DNA of 64,000 nt from Candidatus Eiseniibacteriota bacterium (GTDB taxonomy: Bacteria > Eisenbacteria > RBG-16-71-46): the NCBI GenBank assembly GCA_038231135.1, contig JBBRLX010000006.1:64001-128000 (forward strand), written 5' to 3'. The stretch's first letter is position 1. Every line of letters starts with the position of its first letter. Below the pieces are notes generated by a model, which was not told the origin of the DNA, ran no database searches, and worked only from the letters and a program-made list of their open reading frames with translations. Of the stretch, positions 1 through 10,363 are shown one piece after another. Both the position numbers and the translations under genes were made by a program.

Positions 1-2583
1 GCCGCCTTCGCGTTCGCGCAACTCCGCGCACTCCCGAATGGCCTGGGACATCTGTGTGAATTCCTGCTCGGTGCCCGCGGGATGGTGGCGGGGGTCGTCG
101 AAGTACGTCTGCGCCGCCGCCACCTGCTGCGGCGAGCAGCCCTGCACGATGCGCGGCAGCGCCACCGCGTAGCTCGCCGGCATGCGGGACGTGATCGCGT
201 CGTAGTTCGTCGCCAGCCACAGGAACAGGTCGTCGTCGAACCGGCCCGAATTCGCGATGCCCGTCGGAATGCGCAGACGCTCGCCGGCGTCGAGCGGGCC
301 GCGCATCGAGTAGTCGAGCGCGCGGTGCACCAGCGCCCGCGTGCCGAAGCTGCCGATCGCGTCGAGGAATCGCGCCCGCTCCTCGGGCGTCGCCGCCACT
401 TCGAAGCGTTGCGCATATTCCGAGAACAGCGTCGTGTCGCCGCGGATCGCGGCAATCTGCAGCGCCGCGTCCGCCACCGACGGGGCGATCGACTCGGGGG
501 ACTTGAGGAACGCCGCGGTCAGCGCCTCGCCCCGCGCCATCACGCCCGCGTCGTGGCCCTGGAATGCCAGGCGCCGCATCAACTCGGGCCGCAGCTCGCC
601 CACCGCCTCGGATTCACCCGGCCGCGGATTCGCGCCGATATGGTCGAGTGCCGGCGACAGCGTGGCGTGCACGTAGCCCGCGAACAGCGGCTCCGAGCCC
701 GGCAGCGAGAACGGCCGGCGCACGTGATCGAGCGCCGCCATCACCGCGGTCAGCACGTCGGCGTCGGGGTCGGCGCCGAAGCGCCGCACCGCAGCGAGGT
801 ACTCGCCGCCATGGATCACGCCGGCGTCGAGCAGCGCGATCAGGTTGTAGACGAACGCCACGCGCTCGCGGGGCGTGAGCAGCTGCTGGGACACCGCGCC
901 GATCGCGTCGAGCATCGTGTCGGGCACCTGCCAGCGGTAGTAGCCGCGCGCGTCGAGGTCGGGCAGCACCCAGCGCGTGCTGCGGCCGGTCGGCAGATCC
1001 ACCGACTGCGTGGCTTCGGTGAGGAACACGATTTCGGCGTGCAGCGTGGCGCCGTCCGAATACTTGATCGCCACCGGTACGTTCCAGCGCTGTGGGCCGG
1101 CGGCCGCGCCGTCGGTGCGGAGCCGCTGCTGGTGCAGCACCAGGCGACCGTTCTCGAACAGCTCGCAGCTCACGAGCGGCACGCCCGGCTGATCGAGAAA
1201 CGTGCGCATCGGCGCCGCCATGTCGCGACCGGACGCCTCGCCCAGCGACTTCCACAGGTCGCCCGCGGTGGCGGTCTTCCAGGCGTTGTCCCGCAGGTAG
1301 CGGCTCACGCCGTTCTGGAACACGTCGGTTCCGAGCCACTGCTCGAACATCCCGAGCACCGCCTGGCCCTTGTCGTAGGACAGGCCGTCGGCGAGGTCGC
1401 CGAGCTGGTCCGGCGCGTCGACGCGGCGCCGGATCGGGTGCGTGTTCGGCCGGGCGTCGGCTGCCATCGCCCGGTGCGCTCCCACGACGTCGCCCTGGCT
1501 GGTGCGGTACTCGGGGAACACCTGGTCCGAGATCCTGCCGCCCATCCACGACGCGAACGCCTCCGACAGCCACAGGTCGTCCCACCAGCGCATCGTCACC
1601 AGGTCGCCGAACCACATGTGGGCCAGTTCGTGCGCCATCACGCGCACCAGCTGGCGGCGCGGGCCGGGCAGCGCGTGGTCGGGATCGATGAGCAGCAGTT
1701 TGTCGTTGAACATGACGGCGCCCGGATTCTCCATGGCACCGTAGGCGTAGCCCGGCACCGCGATCACGTCGAGCTTGTCGAACGGATAGGCCTGACCGAA
1801 GTAGTCCTCGAGCGGTTTGAGCAGCGCCGGCACGACGCGCGCCGCCTGGCCGGTGAGGCGGGACTGCCCGGCGCACGTGATGATGCGTCCCGGCACCGAC
1901 AGGCCCGGAATCTCGACGGCCTCGAACGGCCCGGTCGCGAACGCGACGAGGTACGACGGCAGCGGTGGCGTGGTGCGGAACACCACGGCCTTCTGCTCGC
2001 CGACCGGCGTCTCCTTGTCGACCGCGGCGTTCGAGATCGCGAGCTGATCCTTGGGCAGGATCAGCGTGATCTGCCACGGGATCTTGAACTCGGGTTCATC
2101 CCAGCACGGGAATGCGCGGCGCGCGGCGGCCGGCTCGAACTGGGTGAACGCGTAGCTCCGGCCGTCCACCGTGAGCTTGTAGAACCCGGACCCGTCGGCG
2201 CCGAATCGCGCATCGAAGTCGAGCGCCAGCGTGCACGCGCCCGGTTCCAGCGCAGGCGACACGTGCGCCGTGACCATGCCGTCGCGTTCGGGGCCGAGCG
2301 TGATCGCGTACGCGTGCTTGTCCGAGCGCAGCGACGCCGCGGAGAAGCTCAGATCGCGGGCGTGGAACCGGAACGAGTCGGAGCGCTCCCGCACGTCGAG
2401 GTCGATGCGCACGGACCCGCGATAGCCGTCCTGCCCGGCGTCGACCGCGAGGCGGACTGCCTCCGCGGTGGGCACGACGCCGTGGCCGAGACGGGTATCG
2501 GTGGGACTCGCCGGCGCGCCGCGGGCGCTCGTCAGCGGCGCCAGCACGAGCGCGAGTGGCAGCAGGAAACCCCTGAGACGCAT
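1..2583 (-). CDS. M1 family zinc aminopeptidase with signal peptide; 3' end runs off the window
   Basis: Not in the ORF track because it is truncated. Read on the minus strand from ATG 2583 with a GAGGAG RBS: MRLRGFLLPLALVLAPL...TQFEPAAARRAFPCWDEP...GAMENPG...HELAHMWFGDLVTMRWWDDLWLSEAFA. Frame still open at position 1. Confidence 0.95.
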   Translation of the reverse strand, partial: MRLRGFLLPLALVLAPLTSARGAPASPTDTRLGHGVVPTAEAVRLAVDAGQDGYRGSVRIDLDVRERSDSFRFHARDLSFSAASLRSDKHAYAITLGPERDGMVTAHVSPALEPGACTLALDFDARFGADGSGFYKLTVDGRSYAFTQFEPAAARRAFPCWDEPEFKIPWQITLILPKDQLAISNAAVDKETPVGEQKAVVFRTTPPLPSYLVAFATGPFEAVEIPGLSVPGRIITCAGQSRLTGQAARVVPALLKPLEDYFGQAYPFDKLDVIAVPGYAYGAMENPGAVMFNDKLLLIDPDHALPGPRRQLVRVMAHELAHMWFGDLVTMRWWDDLWLSEAFASWMGGRISDQVFPEYRTSQGDVVGAHRAMAADARPNTHPIRRRVDAPDQLGDLADGLSYDKGQAVLGMFEQWLGTDVFQNGVSRYLRDNAWKTATAGDLWKSLGEASGRDMAAPMRTFLDQPGVPLVSCELFENGRLVLHQQRLRTDGAAAGPQRWNVPVAIKYSDGATLHAEIVFLTEATQSVDLPTGRSTRWVLPDLDARGYYRWQVPDTMLDAIGAVSQQLLTPRERVAFVYNLIALLDAGVIHGGEYLAAVRRFGADPDADVLTAVMAALDHVRRPFSLPGSEPLFAGYVHATLSPALDHIGANPRPGESEAVGELRPELMRRLAFQGHDAGVMARGEALTAAFLKSPESIAPSVADAALQIAAIRGDTTLFSEYAQRFEVAATPEERARFLDAIGSFGTRALVHRALDYSMRGPLDAGERLRIPTGIANSGRFDDDLFLWLATNYDAITSRMPASYAVALPRIVQGCSPQQVAAAQTYFDDPRHHPAGTEQEFTQMSQAIRECAELREREGG

Positions 2584-2663
2584 GCAGACCCTCCTCGTGC
2601 GGGGTTATCGGCCGGGAACGGGCCGAGAAACAGGGGTCTCGGGGCCGCAGCGGGCGGCGGCCG

Positions 2664-2693
2664 CGGTTCGCCCCCGCCCGCCACCCGCTCGTC
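2664..2693 (+). promoter_or_regulatory. Putative LytTR-family operator (imperfect 9-bp direct repeats, 21-bp period)
   Basis: CGGTTCGCC (2664-2672) and CCGCTCGTC (2685-2693) with a 12-bp spacer. They resemble the AlgR-type CCGTTCGTC site and lie upstream of the operon containing the LytS/LytTR genes. Confidence 0.5.
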
Positions 2694-2778
2694 ACGGACC
2701 GGACGGTCGCCCGGGGTCCGGTTGCTACGCTCGTGCGAGTCGAAGCGCCGGGACCACACTCTGCCAGGAGCCGTCCGT

Positions 2779-4557
2779 ATGCGTGCCAGCTGGAACGCCA
2801 CCGGCGTGCTGATCGCCGCCATCGCGCTGATCGTCGCCGCCATGTCGATCGCCGTCGTGCCCGTCATCGCCCGGGCCCAGACGTTCACCCGCATCACCGA
2901 TCCCGCGAACCCCATCGTGACCGAGATCGCCGAATCGGCCGGCGGCTCGTGGATCGACCTGAACGGCGACGGCCTGCTCGACCTGTTCATCGCCAAGGGC
3001 AATCTCTCGAACCAGAACGACGGGCTGTATCTCAATCGTGGAGCGTTCGTATTCCAGGCCGTCACGACCGGACCGGTCGTCGGCTCCGGCGGCTCGTCGA
3101 TCGGCGGCGCATGGGGCGACTGGAACGGCGACGGCAGGCCCGACCTGTTCGTCGCGAACCGCTCCTCGTTCGGCAATTTCCTGTTTCGCGGGCTGGGCGA
3201 CACGGCGTTCGTGAGCGACACGAGCGGCACCGTCACCACCGATCTCGCGAACAGCAACAGCGCCGCGTGGCTGGACCTCGACAACGACGGCGATCTGGAC
3301 CTGTACGTCGTGAATTTCCAGGGCGACGACTTCTTCTATCGCAACGCGGGCTCGCCCACCTGGGCGCTGTCGCGCGTGGTGCTGCCCACGATCGGCATCG
3401 GCGGCGAGTTCTCGATCCACGGCACCTGGGCGGACTTCGACAACGACGGCGATCTCGACCTGTTCGTCGCGAACGGCGGCCCGCAGAACGACGACCTGTA
3501 CGTGAACCAGGGCAACCTCACGTTCGTCCGGCGCTCCCTCAACGATGGCCTGTCGACCATCGGCGGCAGCTGGGGGGACTACGACAACGACGGCTACCTG
3601 GATCTGTTCGCGACGTCGAATCAGAACCAGCCGTCGGTGCTCTATCACAACGACGGACCGCCGAACTGGACGTTGACGCCGGTCTCCGCGAGCGTGTTTT
3701 CGGGACTCGCCGCCGCCGCGGTCGGGAGCGCGTGGGGCGACGTCGACAACGACGGCGACCTCGACCTGCTGGTGGCGTGCGACAACGGCCAGAACGAAGC
3801 GCTGTTCCTGAACGACTCGGAACACGGCACGTTCACCCGCGTGACGTCCGGTCCGCTGGTCGCGAGCGGCGGCAATTCGTTCGGGTGCTCGTTCGCCGAC
3901 ATCGATCGCGATGGTGACCTCGACGTGTTCGTCGCGAACCGGTCGAACCAGCAGAGCTTCCTGTTCCGCAACGACTCGCCGCCGGGCTCGTGGCTCGGCG
4001 TCCGGCTGCGCGGCCCCGCCTGGAATTCCGCCGGTGTCGGCGCGCGCGTGCGCGTGCTCGCGAGCCCGGCCGGCACGCCGCGCTGGCAGATGCAGCAGGT
4101 GCTGCCGAGCACCGGCTACAACAGCCAGAACCTGGAGCTGCATTTCGGGCTCGGGCAATCGACGGTCGTGGACAGCGTCGAGATACAGTGGCCGGACGGC
4201 ACGCTTCAGCGGCTCGCCGGAGTGGCCGGTGGGCAGGTGGTGGTGATCTCGGAGCATCCGACCGGCGGCGTGCCGACGGCGCCGGGCACGGCGGGACCGC
4301 GGCTCGCACTCGCGAGCGCCAATCCTGTGCGCGGGCCCGCGGATCTGGCGATCACGCTCGCGCTGGCCGGCAGCGTCTCGATCTCGATCGTCGACATCCA
4401 CGGGCGACTGCGCGGGACGCCCGAGGTGCGCTCCCTGCCGGCGGGACGGTCGACGCTGCGCCTCGCGGCGACCGCGGCGCTCGAGCCCGGGGTGTTCTGG
4501 GTGCGGGCGCGCGGTGCCGACGGGCAGAGCGCGCTGCGCGTGGCCGTGCTGCGCTGA
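2779..4557 (+). CDS. Secreted FG-GAP/VCBS beta-propeller protein with ASPIC-UnbV domain (CRTAC1-like) and FlgD/T9SS-like C-terminal domain
   Basis: ATG 2779 after AGGAG; signal peptide ending ARA-Q; seven DxDxDGxxD repeats; ASPIC-UnbV motif (GYNSQNLELHFGLG...IQWPDG); CTD NPVRG...DIHGR...PGVFWVR. The ORF-track start at 82 is an antisense artefact. Confidence 0.92.
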   Translation: MRASWNATGVLIAAIALIVAAMSIAVVPVIARAQTFTRITDPANPIVTEIAESAGGSWIDLNGDGLLDLFIAKGNLSNQNDGLYLNRGAFVFQAVTTGPVVGSGGSSIGGAWGDWNGDGRPDLFVANRSSFGNFLFRGLGDTAFVSDTSGTVTTDLANSNSAAWLDLDNDGDLDLYVVNFQGDDFFYRNAGSPTWALSRVVLPTIGIGGEFSIHGTWADFDNDGDLDLFVANGGPQNDDLYVNQGNLTFVRRSLNDGLSTIGGSWGDYDNDGYLDLFATSNQNQPSVLYHNDGPPNWTLTPVSASVFSGLAAAAVGSAWGDVDNDGDLDLLVACDNGQNEALFLNDSEHGTFTRVTSGPLVASGGNSFGCSFADIDRDGDLDVFVANRSNQQSFLFRNDSPPGSWLGVRLRGPAWNSAGVGARVRVLASPAGTPRWQMQQVLPSTGYNSQNLELHFGLGQSTVVDSVEIQWPDGTLQRLAGVAGGQVVVISEHPTGGVPTAPGTAGPRLALASANPVRGPADLAITLALAGSVSISIVDIHGRLRGTPEVRSLPAGRSTLRLAATAALEPGVFWVRARGADGQSALRVAVLR

Positions 4558-4584
4558 TGCAGGGTGTGCAGTAGCCTTTCCCGC

Positions 4585-5769
4585 ATGACGACCACGAAGC
4601 GGCACCACGAGCGGCGCCGGCTCGCCCTGGCGTGGGTGGCCGGATGGCTCGCGCTCGGCATCCTCGAGGTCAGCCAGAATCTGATGCAGGCGCGGGCCGT
4701 GGGGGTGAAACCGGACCTGCGCGGGGCCGTCGGGATTCCGGGGATCGAGATGCTGTTCTGGGCATTGATGACGCCGGCGGTCCTCTGGATCCACGCCCGC
4801 GCACCGTTGCGCCGGGGACGCCTCGCCGCGTCGGTGGCGAAGCACCTGGTCGCCTGCGTCGCGCTGTCGGTCCTCCAGTCCCTGATCTCCGGGCCGTTCA
4901 TCATCGCGCTCGGCTTGTTCAAGACCTGGCGCTGGTCCTACGCGCACCTGTTGTCCGGTATGGTGACCGGGAAACTGGTGCAGAATGTCCTCACCTACGC
5001 GGCGATCGTCGCCGTGGCTCACGGCTATCGGCTGTGGGACCGGGTCCGCGCCCACGAACTCGACGCGACGCGGCTCGAGGCCCGGCTCGCCGAAGCGCGC
5101 CTCGACGTGCTGCGCATGCAGCTCCAGCCGCACTTCCTGTTCAACACGCTGAACGCGGTGTCGAGCTTGATGCGCCACGACGTCGCCGCCGCCGACCGGG
5201 TGCTGACGCGGCTGTCCGATCTGCTGCGGCTCGCCATGGACCACAATGACGCGCGCGACGTGTCGCTGCGGGATGAGATCGAATTCCTGAGCGGCTACCT
5301 GGAGATCCAGAAGATCCGCTTCGGGGACCGCTTCCGCTTCGTCGTCACGATCGACCCGGCGGCGCTCGACCTGCGAATCCCCCCGCTGCTGCTGCAGCCA
5401 CTGGTCGAGAACGCGATCCGGCACGGCCTCAAGAATCGCGTCAAAGGCGGAGTGGTCGAAGTCGAGGCCCGTCTCGACCGGGGGCGGCTGATCGTGGAGG
5501 TTCGCGACAACGGCGTCGGCCTGGCAGCCGCGGCGGAATCCCGCGCGACGCCGTGGGCATCCGCGACGGCAAACGGCTCCGAAGCTACGGCCGCGTTTCC
5601 GGGGCGCCCTGCAGGGCGCGGCCTCGCGAATACCCGCGCGCGGCTCGCCTACTTCTATGGGCCCGCGCACCGGTTCGAGACGTCGTCGCCGCCGGCGGGG
5701 GGGACGGTGTTCCGGATCGAAGCGCCCGTCCAGCCCGCCGACGGCTCGGCCGCCGAGGCCAAAGCGTGA
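4585..5769 (+). CDS. LytS/YehU-type sensor histidine kinase
   Basis: TM N-terminus; LRMQLQPHFLFNTLN H-box; LQPLVENAIRHG; DNGVG; GRGLAN. Start at 4564 or 4585. Confidence 0.93.
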   Translation: MTTTKRHHERRRLALAWVAGWLALGILEVSQNLMQARAVGVKPDLRGAVGIPGIEMLFWALMTPAVLWIHARAPLRRGRLAASVAKHLVACVALSVLQSLISGPFIIALGLFKTWRWSYAHLLSGMVTGKLVQNVLTYAAIVAVAHGYRLWDRVRAHELDATRLEARLAEARLDVLRMQLQPHFLFNTLNAVSSLMRHDVAAADRVLTRLSDLLRLAMDHNDARDVSLRDEIEFLSGYLEIQKIRFGDRFRFVVTIDPAALDLRIPPLLLQPLVENAIRHGLKNRVKGGVVEVEARLDRGRLIVEVRDNGVGLAAAAESRATPWASATANGSEATAAFPGRPAGRGLANTRARLAYFYGPAHRFETSSPPAGGTVFRIEAPVQPADGSAAEAKA

Positions 5770-6599
5770 GCGAAGGCGCCGGCCGTCCGGACGCCGCCCC
5801 GGGCGAGGACGCCGCCGAGGCGCCGCGCATCCGGCTGCGCGTCCTGCTGATCGACGACGAAGCGCCGGCCCGCGACAAGCTGCGCTCGATGCTCGTCCGG
5901 GAACCGGATGTGGAGGTGGTGGGGGAATGCGCCACGGGCCTCGAGGCGCTGGAGTGGATCCGCCGCGACCGGCCGGATCTGGTGTTCCTCGACATCGAGA
6001 TGCCGCAACTCGATGGGCTATCGATGCTGACGGCTCTCGGATCGGAGAACGTGCCCGCCGTGGTGTTCGTGACCGCGTATGACCGCTACGCGATCGAGGC
6101 GTTCGAGGTCCATGCGCTGGATTACCTGCTCAAGCCGTTCGACCAGGATCGCCTCACTCGATCGCTGAGCCACGTGCGCCGCATCCTCGAGACCGCGCCG
6201 GGCGTGTTCGGAACGCGCGTGGCGGGATTGATCGACGCGCTGCGGCATGCCCCGGAGTTCGAGTTGCGGCTGGTCGTGAAGGACGGCGACCGCGTCACGT
6301 TCATCGAGGTCGGCGACATCGACTGGGTGCAGGCGGCCGGCAACTACGTCGAGATCCATGCGGGTCCGGAGCGGCACCTGCTGCGCGAGACGCTCAAGGC
6401 GCTCGAGGCGCGTCTGGACGGCCGGCGCTTCGTTCGCATCCATCGCTCGGCGCTCGTGAACCTCGACCGCATTCGCGACATGCGCGCCGGCGACCACGGC
6501 GAGTATCACATCACGCTCACCGATGGCCGGCGATTGAAGGCGGGCCGGGGCGCGAGCGCGCTGCTGAGGCAGCGGCTGGCGGGTCGCGAGTCGCGCTGA
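5766..6599 (+). CDS. LytTR-family response regulator
   Basis: REC domain (LIDDE, FLDIEMP, FVTAYD, DYLLKP) plus LytTR domain (AAGNYV, FVRIHRSALVN). GTG overlaps the kinase stop. Confidence 0.95.
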   Translation: MSEGAGRPDAAPGEDAAEAPRIRLRVLLIDDEAPARDKLRSMLVREPDVEVVGECATGLEALEWIRRDRPDLVFLDIEMPQLDGLSMLTALGSENVPAVVFVTAYDRYAIEAFEVHALDYLLKPFDQDRLTRSLSHVRRILETAPGVFGTRVAGLIDALRHAPEFELRLVVKDGDRVTFIEVGDIDWVQAAGNYVEIHAGPERHLLRETLKALEARLDGRRFVRIHRSALVNLDRIRDMRAGDHGEYHITLTDGRRLKAGRGASALLRQRLAGRESR

Positions 6600-6658
6600 C
6601 CGCGGCCGCGGGCGGGACCGCGCGATGCATTTCCGCGGCGAAGGGCTAAGCTGCCGCC

Positions 6659-8269
6659 GTGATCGAACTGCTCGTGCAGCAGCCTTTGCTGCTGCTGTTC
6701 CTGGTGCTGGCGCTCGGCTTCGCCCTCGGGCGGGTGTCGGTGCGCGGCGTCAGCGTGGGCGTGGCCGCCGTGCTGTTCGTCGGACTCGCGGTGGGCGCGC
6801 TCGACCCGCGGCTCCAGATCCCCGAGATCATTCAGCGCCTCGGTCTCGTGTTGTTCGTCTACACCGTCGGGTTGTCGACGGGCCCGGGGTTCGCCTCCGC
6901 GCTGCGCCGTGGCGGGGTTCGCGACGTGATCCTCGCCGTTCTGGCGCTGGCCGCCGGCGCCGGCCTGGCGCTCGCCGCCCAGCGCGCGTTGCACCTGAGC
7001 CCGGCGCTCACCGCGGGATTGTTCGCCGGCAGTCTCACGAACACCCCGGCGCTCGCCGCGGTGCTCGAGCGGATCGGCGCGGGTGTCGCCGCCGGCCCCG
7101 CCGGCCAGCCCGCGGCGCCGGTCGTGGCGTACGCGGTCAGCTATCCCATCGGCGTGCTGGGAACGCTGCTCGCGGTCGTGCTGGCGCGCCGCACGCTGTT
7201 CCGCGGCGTGCCACCCGAAACGCGGGAGCCGGTGGTCGTCGTCATCGCGCGCGTCACACGCGCCGAAGCGTGCCGGATGCCGCTCGGCGCGCTGGCGCGA
7301 TCCTCGGGCTGGCGCACGCGGTTCGGCCGCCTCGAACGTGACAGCCAGGTTCGCGTCGTCGACCCGCGCGAGCCGCTTCGCATCGGCGATCTCGTGAGCC
7401 TGGTCGGCCCCGTCGGCGAACTGCCCGAGGTGCTGGCCGCGCTGGGGGAGCGCTCGTCCGAGCGCATCGACCTCGATCGACGCGTGCTCGACTATCGCCG
7501 CATCTTCGTTTCGAACCCCGCCGTGCTCGAGCAGCGGGTCCGCGACCTCAAGGGGCTGGCGCGTCTGGGGGCGCGGATCACGCGGCTGCGGCGCGGCGAC
7601 GTGGACGTGCTGCCCACCGGCGGCACGATCCTTCAGCCGGGTGACCGCGTGCGCGTGCTCGCGCCGGTGGCGCGCATGCAGGAAGTTGCGCGCTACTTCG
7701 GGGATTCGTACCGCGAGCTGGCCGAGGTCGACGTGCTCACGTTCGGTCTCGGCGCCGGCCTGGGCCTGCTGCTGGGCATGGTCCCGCTGCCGCTGCCCGG
7801 CGGCTGGACGTTCCAACTCGGCATCGCCGGCGGGCCGCTGATCGCGGGGTTGCTGCTCGGCTGGATCGGGCGCAGCGGGCCCATCATCTGGGTGATGCCG
7901 TACGGCGCCAACCTCACGCTGCGGCAGATCGGGCTCGTGCTGTTCTTCGCCGGCGTGGGCACGCGCTCGGGCTGGGTGTTCGCCACCACGCTGCGCCAGA
8001 GCGGCGGGTTGCCGCTGCTCGTCGCCGGCGCGGTAATCACGTGCAGCGTGGCGTGGCTCACGCTATGGATCGGACGCGCGGTGTTCAAGATCCGCCCCGC
8101 GGTGCTCGAGGGCATGGTGTCGGGCATCCAGACCCAGCCCGCGGTGCTCGCATTCGCGAAACTGGGTTCGGATGACGACGGCCCGGACGTCGGGTATGCG
8201 TCGGTGTTCCCGGTCGCGACGATCGCGAAGATCGTGCTCGCGCAGTTGCTGCTGGGGTTTGGGAGGTAG
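6659..8269 (+). CDS. AspT/YidE/YbjL family antiporter with TrkA-C domains
   Basis: GLVLFVYTVGL, GSLTNTPALAA, GIAGGPLIAGL and SGIQTQPAVLAFA motifs around a central TrkA-C region. Confidence 0.92.
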   Translation: MIELLVQQPLLLLFLVLALGFALGRVSVRGVSVGVAAVLFVGLAVGALDPRLQIPEIIQRLGLVLFVYTVGLSTGPGFASALRRGGVRDVILAVLALAAGAGLALAAQRALHLSPALTAGLFAGSLTNTPALAAVLERIGAGVAAGPAGQPAAPVVAYAVSYPIGVLGTLLAVVLARRTLFRGVPPETREPVVVVIARVTRAEACRMPLGALARSSGWRTRFGRLERDSQVRVVDPREPLRIGDLVSLVGPVGELPEVLAALGERSSERIDLDRRVLDYRRIFVSNPAVLEQRVRDLKGLARLGARITRLRRGDVDVLPTGGTILQPGDRVRVLAPVARMQEVARYFGDSYRELAEVDVLTFGLGAGLGLLLGMVPLPLPGGWTFQLGIAGGPLIAGLLLGWIGRSGPIIWVMPYGANLTLRQIGLVLFFAGVGTRSGWVFATTLRQSGGLPLLVAGAVITCSVAWLTLWIGRAVFKIRPAVLEGMVSGIQTQPAVLAFAKLGSDDDGPDVGYASVFPVATIAKIVLAQLLLGFGR

Positions 8270-8318
8270 CGAGGCGCGAGACATCCGCGGGCATCATGCG
8301 TCGGACGCCTGACGCACT

Positions 8319-9332
8319 TCAGGCTCCGGGTTTGCGCCCGATCACGAGCGTCGCGGGATCGAAGTACTTCATTCGCTCGATCTCCACGAAGCCCGCCTCC
8401 GCGAGCCATTCCCCGTAGTTCGCGGCCGAACGCTCCACGTCGGGCGCTCTCAGCAGAACGTCCTGCATGCTGAACAGCAGCGGCATGAGGGGGCCGGTAT
8501 CATCGTCATCGAGCATCCAGCCGCTCAGCACCACGGCACCGCCGGCGGGCAGGTACTCGAAGACACGTCGCAGCAGTGCGCGATGGGCCGCGGCGCTCGA
8601 CATGGACAGGACGTTGGCCAGCAGGACGACGTCTGCGCCGACGGGAATCGTGCCCTCGACGAAGTCACCCTCCGCCACATCGATGCGCTCCCCGAGTCCG
8701 CTCTCGCGCACGAATGTCCGTGCGGCAGGGGCGATCGCCGGCCGTTCGAGGATGGTGGCGCACAGCCCGGAATAACGCCGGCAGAGCGCGATCGACATCG
8801 CGCCGGTGCCACCGCCCAGGTCGAGCAGGCGTCGGTGCGCGGACAGGTCGAAGGCTTTGCCGAGCGCGTCTCCCGCGAGCAGCGACAGGCGGTGCTGGCC
8901 GCGCAACTCGTCGCCGACCGGGGCGAACTCGCGCGAGGTCGAATCGTGCGGTGCCCCCGGCCGCCACGCTCGCAGACGGTGTGCGAACGCGGCCCACGCC
9001 GGCGAGGCGGATTCACGCTCGTAGTGGCGGAACACGTCGCCGAGATCGTCGGGTGCGCCGTGCACGAGGAAGCGTTGCGCTTCGGGAGCGTTGCGAAAGC
9101 CGGCGTCATCCCGAATCAGCAGACCGAGAGCCACGCACGCATGAAGCAGGCGGTCGACGGCCAGCGGATCGGCCCCGAGACTCGCCGCGATCTCGGCCGC
9201 CGTGCGCGGGCCTTCGGCGAGGAGCGTGGGAATCTTCAACTCGACCATCGCGAACAGGATCTTCGAGCGCTGGTAGCCCGCCGCGAGCTCCAGCAGCGCA
9301 GCAGGGGAGTAGGGTTCGTGCATGGGCCGCAT
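8319..9332 (-). CDS. SAM-dependent O-methyltransferase (Methyltransf_2 plus dimerisation domain)
   Basis: N-terminal wHTH dimerisation domain; LLDLGGGTG SAM motif; EGDF. Confidence 0.9.
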   Translation of the reverse strand: MRPMHEPYSPAALLELAAGYQRSKILFAMVELKIPTLLAEGPRTAAEIAASLGADPLAVDRLLHACVALGLLIRDDAGFRNAPEAQRFLVHGAPDDLGDVFRHYERESASPAWAAFAHRLRAWRPGAPHDSTSREFAPVGDELRGQHRLSLLAGDALGKAFDLSAHRRLLDLGGGTGAMSIALCRRYSGLCATILERPAIAPAARTFVRESGLGERIDVAEGDFVEGTIPVGADVVLLANVLSMSSAAAHRALLRRVFEYLPAGGAVVLSGWMLDDDDTGPLMPLLFSMQDVLLRAPDVERSAANYGEWLAEAGFVEIERMKYFDPATLVIGRKPGA

Positions 9333-9355
9333 TCTACCCGGACCTGCCCGCGCGC

Positions 9356-10159
9356 CTACCGCGTTCCGCCGGCCTCCAGGCGGAGGCGATGCGTCTCGGC
9401 CACCTCCCAGAACGTCTTCGGTTCGAGCGGCGGCGTCGCATGCCGGCGCTCGATCTCGGCCAGCGCGGCGAGACGCCGGGCGTCGAAGTTGGCGGACAGG
9501 TTCCCGCAGTCGGGCCAGATCCGCACCGTGATGACGACGCGAGGCAGGCGAGTGAAGGTCGTGGCTTTTGCGGCGCGCAGCAGCCAGTCCCAGTCGTCGG
9601 AGACATGCAGGCTCTCGTCGAACGGGCCGACGGTGTCGTAGAGCGAACGCCGGTGCATCATGCCGCCGGGGACGATGAAGTCGTCGCGGCGCAGCTCATC
9701 GAGGTCGAACGGCACCGCCAGCGTTCGGGTGCCGGCCTGCCGCCAGCATTCGTCAGTGCTCCCTCCGTTCGAAGGGATGCGCTCCATCCGACGGACCTCG
9801 GCGTCTCCGTAAGCCAGCCCCGTGGCCGCATGAGCGTCGAGCACGCCGACAAACCCTTCCAGGTGATTCGGATGCCACAGGTCGTCGTCGTCGAGGTAGG
9901 TGAGCAACTCCCCACCGGCGAGCGCCACGCCGCGGTTCCGCGTGGCGGCAACGCCGGCGTTGACGGGGCAATGGTGATAGCGCACCGGGAAGTCCGAACC
10001 GAAAGCGAAGTCCTCGACCAGCGCCCGCGAATCGGCGCCATGATCGTTGACCACGATCACCTCGAAGTCGCGGTAGGTCTGCGACGCGATCGAGCCGAGC
10101 GCTTCGAGCAGCAGCGCCTGGCGATCGAAGTGGCTGACGATGACGCTGACGCGTGGCAT
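9356..10159 (-). CDS. Glycosyltransferase family 2
   Basis: VSVIV...QTYRDFEVIVVND; NAGVAATRNRG; YLDDDD; SDDWDWLLR. Confidence 0.92.
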   Translation of the reverse strand: MPRVSVIVSHFDRQALLLEALGSIASQTYRDFEVIVVNDHGADSRALVEDFAFGSDFPVRYHHCPVNAGVAATRNRGVALAGGELLTYLDDDDLWHPNHLEGFVGVLDAHAATGLAYGDAEVRRMERIPSNGGSTDECWRQAGTRTLAVPFDLDELRRDDFIVPGGMMHRRSLYDTVGPFDESLHVSDDWDWLLRAAKATTFTRLPRVVITVRIWPDCGNLSANFDARRLAALAEIERRHATPPLEPKTFWEVAETHRLRLEAGGTR

Positions 10160-10277
10160 GGCGGCGGGCCCGTCGGAAGTGAAAGGGGATGGAGATGGTG
10201 ATGGCGCTCGAGAACCGAGATGACACTTGCGGCATGAGCCGCAAACCGACCGGCTAGGCTACAGTATCCGTCTGTGC

Positions 10278-10363
10278 GGAGGGATGGCCGAGTGGTTTAA
10301 GGCGCCGGTCTTGAAAACCGGAGGACGAAAGTCCCGTGGGTTCGAATCCTACTCCCTCCGCCA
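10278..10363 (+). tRNA. tRNA-Ser (anticodon TGA)
   Basis: GGAGGGA acceptor pairs with TCCCTCC; anticodon loop CTTGAAA; long variable arm; GGTTCGAATCC; encoded CCA. Confidence 0.97.

Noticed and set aside
82..2778. N-terminal ~900 aa of the 1491-aa plus-strand ORF
   Set aside because: Antisense shadow of the minus-strand M1 aminopeptidase; the real plus-strand gene starts at 2779.
2725..5670. 981-aa minus-strand ORF and similar long Arg/Ala-rich ORFs (e.g. 38718..41261, 56684..59011, 30510..32618)
   Set aside because: Stop-poor alternative frames of GC-rich genes with no motifs; they overlap well-supported CDSs.
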